A stretch of DNA of 62,855 bases, the filler included, from Candidatus Woesearchaeota archaeon (lineage in GTDB: Archaea; Nanobdellota; Nanobdellia; Woesearchaeales; WJIZ01): assembly GCA_018221205.1 (NCBI GenBank). It is 8 parts of 8 records of this genome, joined end to end, with 100 filler letters (N's around TTAATTAATTAA, not from the genome) between each part and the next. Parts side by side here need not be neighbours in the genome. Positions count along the whole stretch, not along the records: positions 41,080 to 62,855 come from JAAOYF010000072.1; 7 more parts are not named here. The stretch is one strand, 5' to 3'. Each line of letters opens with the position of its first letter. Position 1 is the stretch's first letter. Made by a program: the position numbers and the translations under genes. Shown here one piece after another: positions 59,557 to 62,855 of this stretch. The notes beneath the pieces are model-generated. The model ran no database searches, had not been told where the DNA came from, and saw only the letters and a list, made by a program, of their open reading frames with translations.

Positions 59557-60049
59557 AAAGAGATGGAGCAAGGAAGATATCAAGAAAGCGGCAAAGATAT
59601 TCCTTGAATCTGAGAAATCGAAAGGGTTGGGTATCCGGTTATTAGATGAATTTGTCCATTGGATGACTATCCTCTTGGTGTTCACCGGCAATTCCCTGCT
59701 GGCTGTCTTCCTCGTTTTCTTCTCTGGATTTGTGACGGAAATCTATTTTCATATGGGGACCATCCTCTTGGGTTTTGTCTTTGGATTGATGATCGACACC
59801 CCTGTACAAGATATTGAGAAGCTGCATAAAGGCAAACATTTTCTTCTGACTGTCGGAGTTCCGTTATTGGCTGTCGTGAACATCCCCATCCTTATAGGCA
59901 TCAAATCCCTTATCGAATTCTATAGCGGGACAGTCTTTGATTTCAATCCTTTGGTAACAGGCACCATCTACGGGATTTCGTTTTTGATCCCTCTTGCTTT
60001 TGGTCGTCTGAGAAAAAGGGTACAGTCATCTCGAAAGAAGAAAGGGTAG
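59537..60049 (+). CDS. Hypothetical membrane protein (4 TM)
   Basis: Four hydrophobic segments; overlaps the MinD-like gene. Confidence 0.75.
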   Translation: MAKPLDKKRWSKEDIKKAAKIFLESEKSKGLGIRLLDEFVHWMTILLVFTGNSLLAVFLVFFSGFVTEIYFHMGTILLGFVFGLMIDTPVQDIEKLHKGKHFLLTVGVPLLAVVNIPILIGIKSLIEFYSGTVFDFNPLVTGTIYGISFLIPLAFGRLRKRVQSSRKKKG

Positions 60050-60119
60050 CCCGCGGGATTTGAACCCGCCCCAGCAGATCCACAGTCTACTATGCTAACC
60101 AAGCTACACTAGGGCCACC
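60045..60119 (-). tRNA. tRNA-His(GTG) with encoded G-1
   Basis: G-GTGGCCC/GGGCTAC-C acceptor, GTAGA-CTGTGGA-TCTGC anticodon arm, GTTCAAAT. Confidence 0.92.
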
Positions 60120-60257
60120 ATGTATTCTGAGAAATAATCATAGCTTATAAAGATTATTAAAACCGTTAGCTTTATATAGCGAATTCGTTTCCTCAAAGAA
60201 GCCCGAGTCGAATGGCGAGGATAGGGTTCATTGAGGATTCTATTTGGGTTTAATAAA

Positions 60258-60716
60258 ATGGCAGAATTCAGAGAAATCATAAGGATTGCGAGTGTTGATA
60301 TGAACGGCCACAAACCCGTCCATCATCAGCTTTCACGAGTAAAAGGAGTAGGCTCCAGTTTCTCGAGCATGGTATTGAAATTGGCGAACGTCCCTGGGAA
60401 GAAAAAATGCGGGGATCTGAGTGATTCTGAGATCAAGAAAATAGAAGGTGTCATCATCGACCCTGCCAAAAATGGAGCTCCCAGCTGGATATACAACCGG
60501 AGAAAAGATCCTGATACCGGAGAAGATAAGCATATTTCCGGCAGTGATATCCGGTTTGTCCAAGGTAATGATGTCAAGATGATGAAGAAGTCCAAGTCCT
60601 ATAGGGGCATGAGACATGCTGCCGGTTTACCAGTGAGGGGCCAGCGGACCAAATCCAACTTCAGAAAGAACAAGGGAAAAGTCACTGGCGTCAAGAAAAA
60701 AGGAAAGGGTAAATAA
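60258..60716 (+). CDS. rps13: 30S ribosomal protein uS13
   Basis: KGVG, WIYNRRKD, YRGMRH..GLPVRGQRTKSN. Confidence 0.96.
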   Translation: MAEFREIIRIASVDMNGHKPVHHQLSRVKGVGSSFSSMVLKLANVPGKKKCGDLSDSEIKKIEGVIIDPAKNGAPSWIYNRRKDPDTGEDKHISGSDIRFVQGNDVKMMKKSKSYRGMRHAAGLPVRGQRTKSNFRKNKGKVTGVKKKGKGK

Positions 60717-60718
60717 AT

Positions 60719-61294
60719 ATGGGTGACCCACGAAAAACAAGGAGAAAATACAGCTCACCTAGTCATCCCTGGGAAAAAACCAGGATAGAGCATGAAAGCC
60801 AGTTGATTGCGAGTTATTCCTTAAAAAACAAGAAAGAGATCTGGAAGATGAATTCCTTGCTGAAAGGATTCAAGCACCAGGCAAAAAAATTAGGGTCATT
60901 GAACACGAAGCAGTCAGAAAAAGAGAAGCAGCAGCTGCTGGCTAGGCTTGTATCATATAATCTTTTGACTCAAGAGAATATGGGTATGGAGGTCATCCTT
61001 AACCTAAAACTTGAGGATATCATGGAACGAAGATTGCAGACTCTCACCTTCAAGAAAGGCCTGGCACGAAGTGTCAAACAAGCACGGCAATTCATCACCC
61101 ATGGTCATATCAGTGTGGGTGGAAAAGTGATCACTTCTCCTTCCTATATTGTCCTAGGAAAAGAAGAGGGTATGTTAAGTTTTCACCAGCATTCAGCTAT
61201 TGCAAGCGCGGATCACCCTGAGAGGCAGATCGCAAAACCAGTCGAGGTAAAAGCAGATGGAGAGAAGAACACAAAGGCCACCCATAAGGAGTGA
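60719..61294 (+). CDS. rps4: 30S ribosomal protein uS4
   Basis: [24 protein letters not shown]. Confidence 0.96.
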   Translation: MGDPRKTRRKYSSPSHPWEKTRIEHESQLIASYSLKNKKEIWKMNSLLKGFKHQAKKLGSLNTKQSEKEKQQLLARLVSYNLLTQENMGMEVILNLKLEDIMERRLQTLTFKKGLARSVKQARQFITHGHISVGGKVITSPSYIVLGKEEGMLSFHQHSAIASADHPERQIAKPVEVKADGEKNTKATHKE

Positions 61295-61679
61295 TCTCCG
61301 ATGGGGAATCGCGCATATCTATTCTTCCTATAATAATACTATCATCCATATCAGTGATATCACTGGTTCTGAGACCGTCGCTGTCTCAAGCGGCGGCCAA
61401 GTCGTCAAAGCAGACAGGATGGAAAGCTCTCCGACTGCAGCGATGATCGCCGCTAAAAAATGTGGTGAGATCGCCAGGGATAAGGGAATAAACGCCTTGC
61501 ATGTCAAGATTAAAGCACCTGGAGGGCATAACGGCCCCAATAACCCAGGATCAGGTGCACAAGCTGCTGTTAGATCATTATCACGAATGGGATTCAGAAT
61601 AGGCATCATTGAAGATGTAACGCCGTTGCCTCATGACGGCTGCCGGAAGAAAGGCGGCAAAAGAGGCAGGAGAGTGTAA
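61257..61679 (+). CDS. rps11: 30S ribosomal protein uS11
   Basis: [25 protein letters not shown]. Confidence 0.96.
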   Translation: MERRTQRPPIRSDLRWGIAHIYSSYNNTIIHISDITGSETVAVSSGGQVVKADRMESSPTAAMIAAKKCGEIARDKGINALHVKIKAPGGHNGPNNPGSGAQAAVRSLSRMGFRIGIIEDVTPLPHDGCRKKGGKRGRRV

Positions 61680-61681
61680 GA

Positions 61682-62458
61682 ATGGAAGTGAGGCTGTTAG
61701 AGAAAAGCAAAGACGGCTTGAAGATCAAATTCTTGGTGAAGGGTGTTACTGATTACTTCGCCAATACCCTCAGGAGATCCATCCTGGAAGAAGTGCCTAC
61801 TATGGCTATCGAGGATGTTGACTTCAAGAAGAACAATTCTATCCTCTATGATGAAATTGTCTCCCACCGTCTTGGATTACTGCCTCTGAAGACCAATCTC
61901 AAAAGCTACAACCTTCCTGCTGAATGTAAATGCAAAGGTGAGGGTTGCGCGAGATGCCAGGCTGTCATCACATTACGGACAAGCAAGGTCGGAAATGTCA
62001 CTGCTGCCGACTTAAAGAGCAAGGACACCTCTATTGTGCCTATCTATCCTGAGATGATCATCACTAAGCTATTGAAAGGCCAGAACCTTGAATTTGAAGC
62101 GAAAGCTGTTCTCGGCAAAGGAAAAGTGCATAGCAAATGGAGCCCTGGCCTTATCTTTTACTATAATGAAGCAAAGATCACCGTGAATAATGATGATAAA
62201 TTATTGGAGAAATTCAAGGAAAAGTATCCCCCTCATGTTTTCGACAATAATGGAAAGATCGATCGCAACAGGATAAACACTTCAGAATTAATCGATGCTT
62301 GCGAAGGAGTATCAAGGCTGGTTGTGGTCGAGAGAAAAGAAGACAGCTTTGTGTTTGTCTTAGAATCATGGGGCCAATTACCTCCGAAAGTCATAATCCA
62401 GGAAGCAATCAGTCAGGTACAGAATCAGCTTGACGAGCTCGCTGGACTAATGAAATAA
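61682..62458 (+). CDS. rpoD: DNA-directed RNA polymerase subunit D (Rpo3)
   Basis: ANTLRR..EVPTMAI, HRLGLLPL, HSKWSP; conserved archaeal operon context. Confidence 0.95.
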   Translation: MEVRLLEKSKDGLKIKFLVKGVTDYFANTLRRSILEEVPTMAIEDVDFKKNNSILYDEIVSHRLGLLPLKTNLKSYNLPAECKCKGEGCARCQAVITLRTSKVGNVTAADLKSKDTSIVPIYPEMIITKLLKGQNLEFEAKAVLGKGKVHSKWSPGLIFYYNEAKITVNNDDKLLEKFKEKYPPHVFDNNGKIDRNRINTSELIDACEGVSRLVVVERKEDSFVFVLESWGQLPPKVIIQEAISQVQNQLDELAGLMK

Positions 62459-62460
62459 GC

Positions 62461-62564
62461 GCGGGGGTGGCAGAGCCTGGTCAAATGCGCAAGGTTGAGG
62501 TTTGCATTGCAATCAAATGCCTTGTCCCTTAGTGGGTGCGCGCGTTCGAATCGCGTCCCCCGCA
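62461..62564 (+). tRNA. tRNA-Leu(GAG) with an 18-nt canonical intron (62501-62518)
   Basis: CAAGG-TTGAGG|intron|G-CCTTG; BHB central helix TTGA/TCAA, intron stem TTGC/GCAA. Confidence 0.92.
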
Positions 62565-62571
62565 TTCAACA

Positions 62572-62855
62572 ATGGAAAAAGCAAGAATCATCGAGCAGTT
62601 GAGACAGAACGAGAGCAAGTTACTGCAAAGAGTGGCCTCTGATCTTGAGAATAGAAAAAGAGAGGTCAACCTATCTCGAATAAACCATTTTACCAAGGAA
62701 GATGATATGATCATCGTTCCAGGCAAGGTTCTCGGTGGTGGAGAATTGTCTCATAAAGTCACTATCGCCGCTTATAAATTTTCAGACTCTGCAAAGGAGA
62801 AGCTTGTTAAAAACGGCTCTAAGATCATTCCGATGAATGAGATCACCAAAGATGC
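62572..62855 (+). CDS. rpl18e: 50S ribosomal protein eL18 (partial, runs off window)
   Basis: EVNLSRIN, IVPGKVLGGG, AAYKFS..A..K. Confidence 0.9.
   Translation, partial: MEKARIIEQLRQNESKLLQRVASDLENRKREVNLSRINHFTKEDDMIIVPGKVLGGGELSHKVTIAAYKFSDSAKEKLVKNGSKIIPMNEITKD

Overview
Genomic DNA of a small-genome DPANN archaeon, most consistent with Woesearchaeota. The evidence is an archaeal 16S 5' end, TFB, PCNA, RFC-L, GatD, Sec61beta, NAC, the S13-S4-S11-RpoD-tRNALeu-L18e cluster, and bacterial-type gyrA, coaD/coaE and DHS-like genes. The window is eight separate contigs joined by artificial 100-nt N-TTAATTAATTAA-N linkers, so adjacency across gaps is meaningless. Most content is housekeeping. The most notable observations are: (1) a tRNA-Leu(CAA) with two BHB introns (30/31 and 37/38) that leave the anticodon on a 7-nt micro-exon; (2) a family of modular, apparently nested intergenic hairpin elements, one of them beside a duplicated tRNA-Glu 3' end; (3) an IS200/IS605-type right end that truncates a secreted-protein gene; (4) several small genes missing from the ORF track (truncated C5-MTase, AbrB-like, Lys-rich peptide, eL41, DUF2080-like, Sec61beta); (5) several enzymes with altered catalytic motifs (PFK, tandem FNR-like, PurF, MinD, beta-lactamase-like); and (6) an APC transporter-methyltransferase fusion. 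No CRISPR array was seen. All family assignments come from motif recognition by eye; no database search was run.
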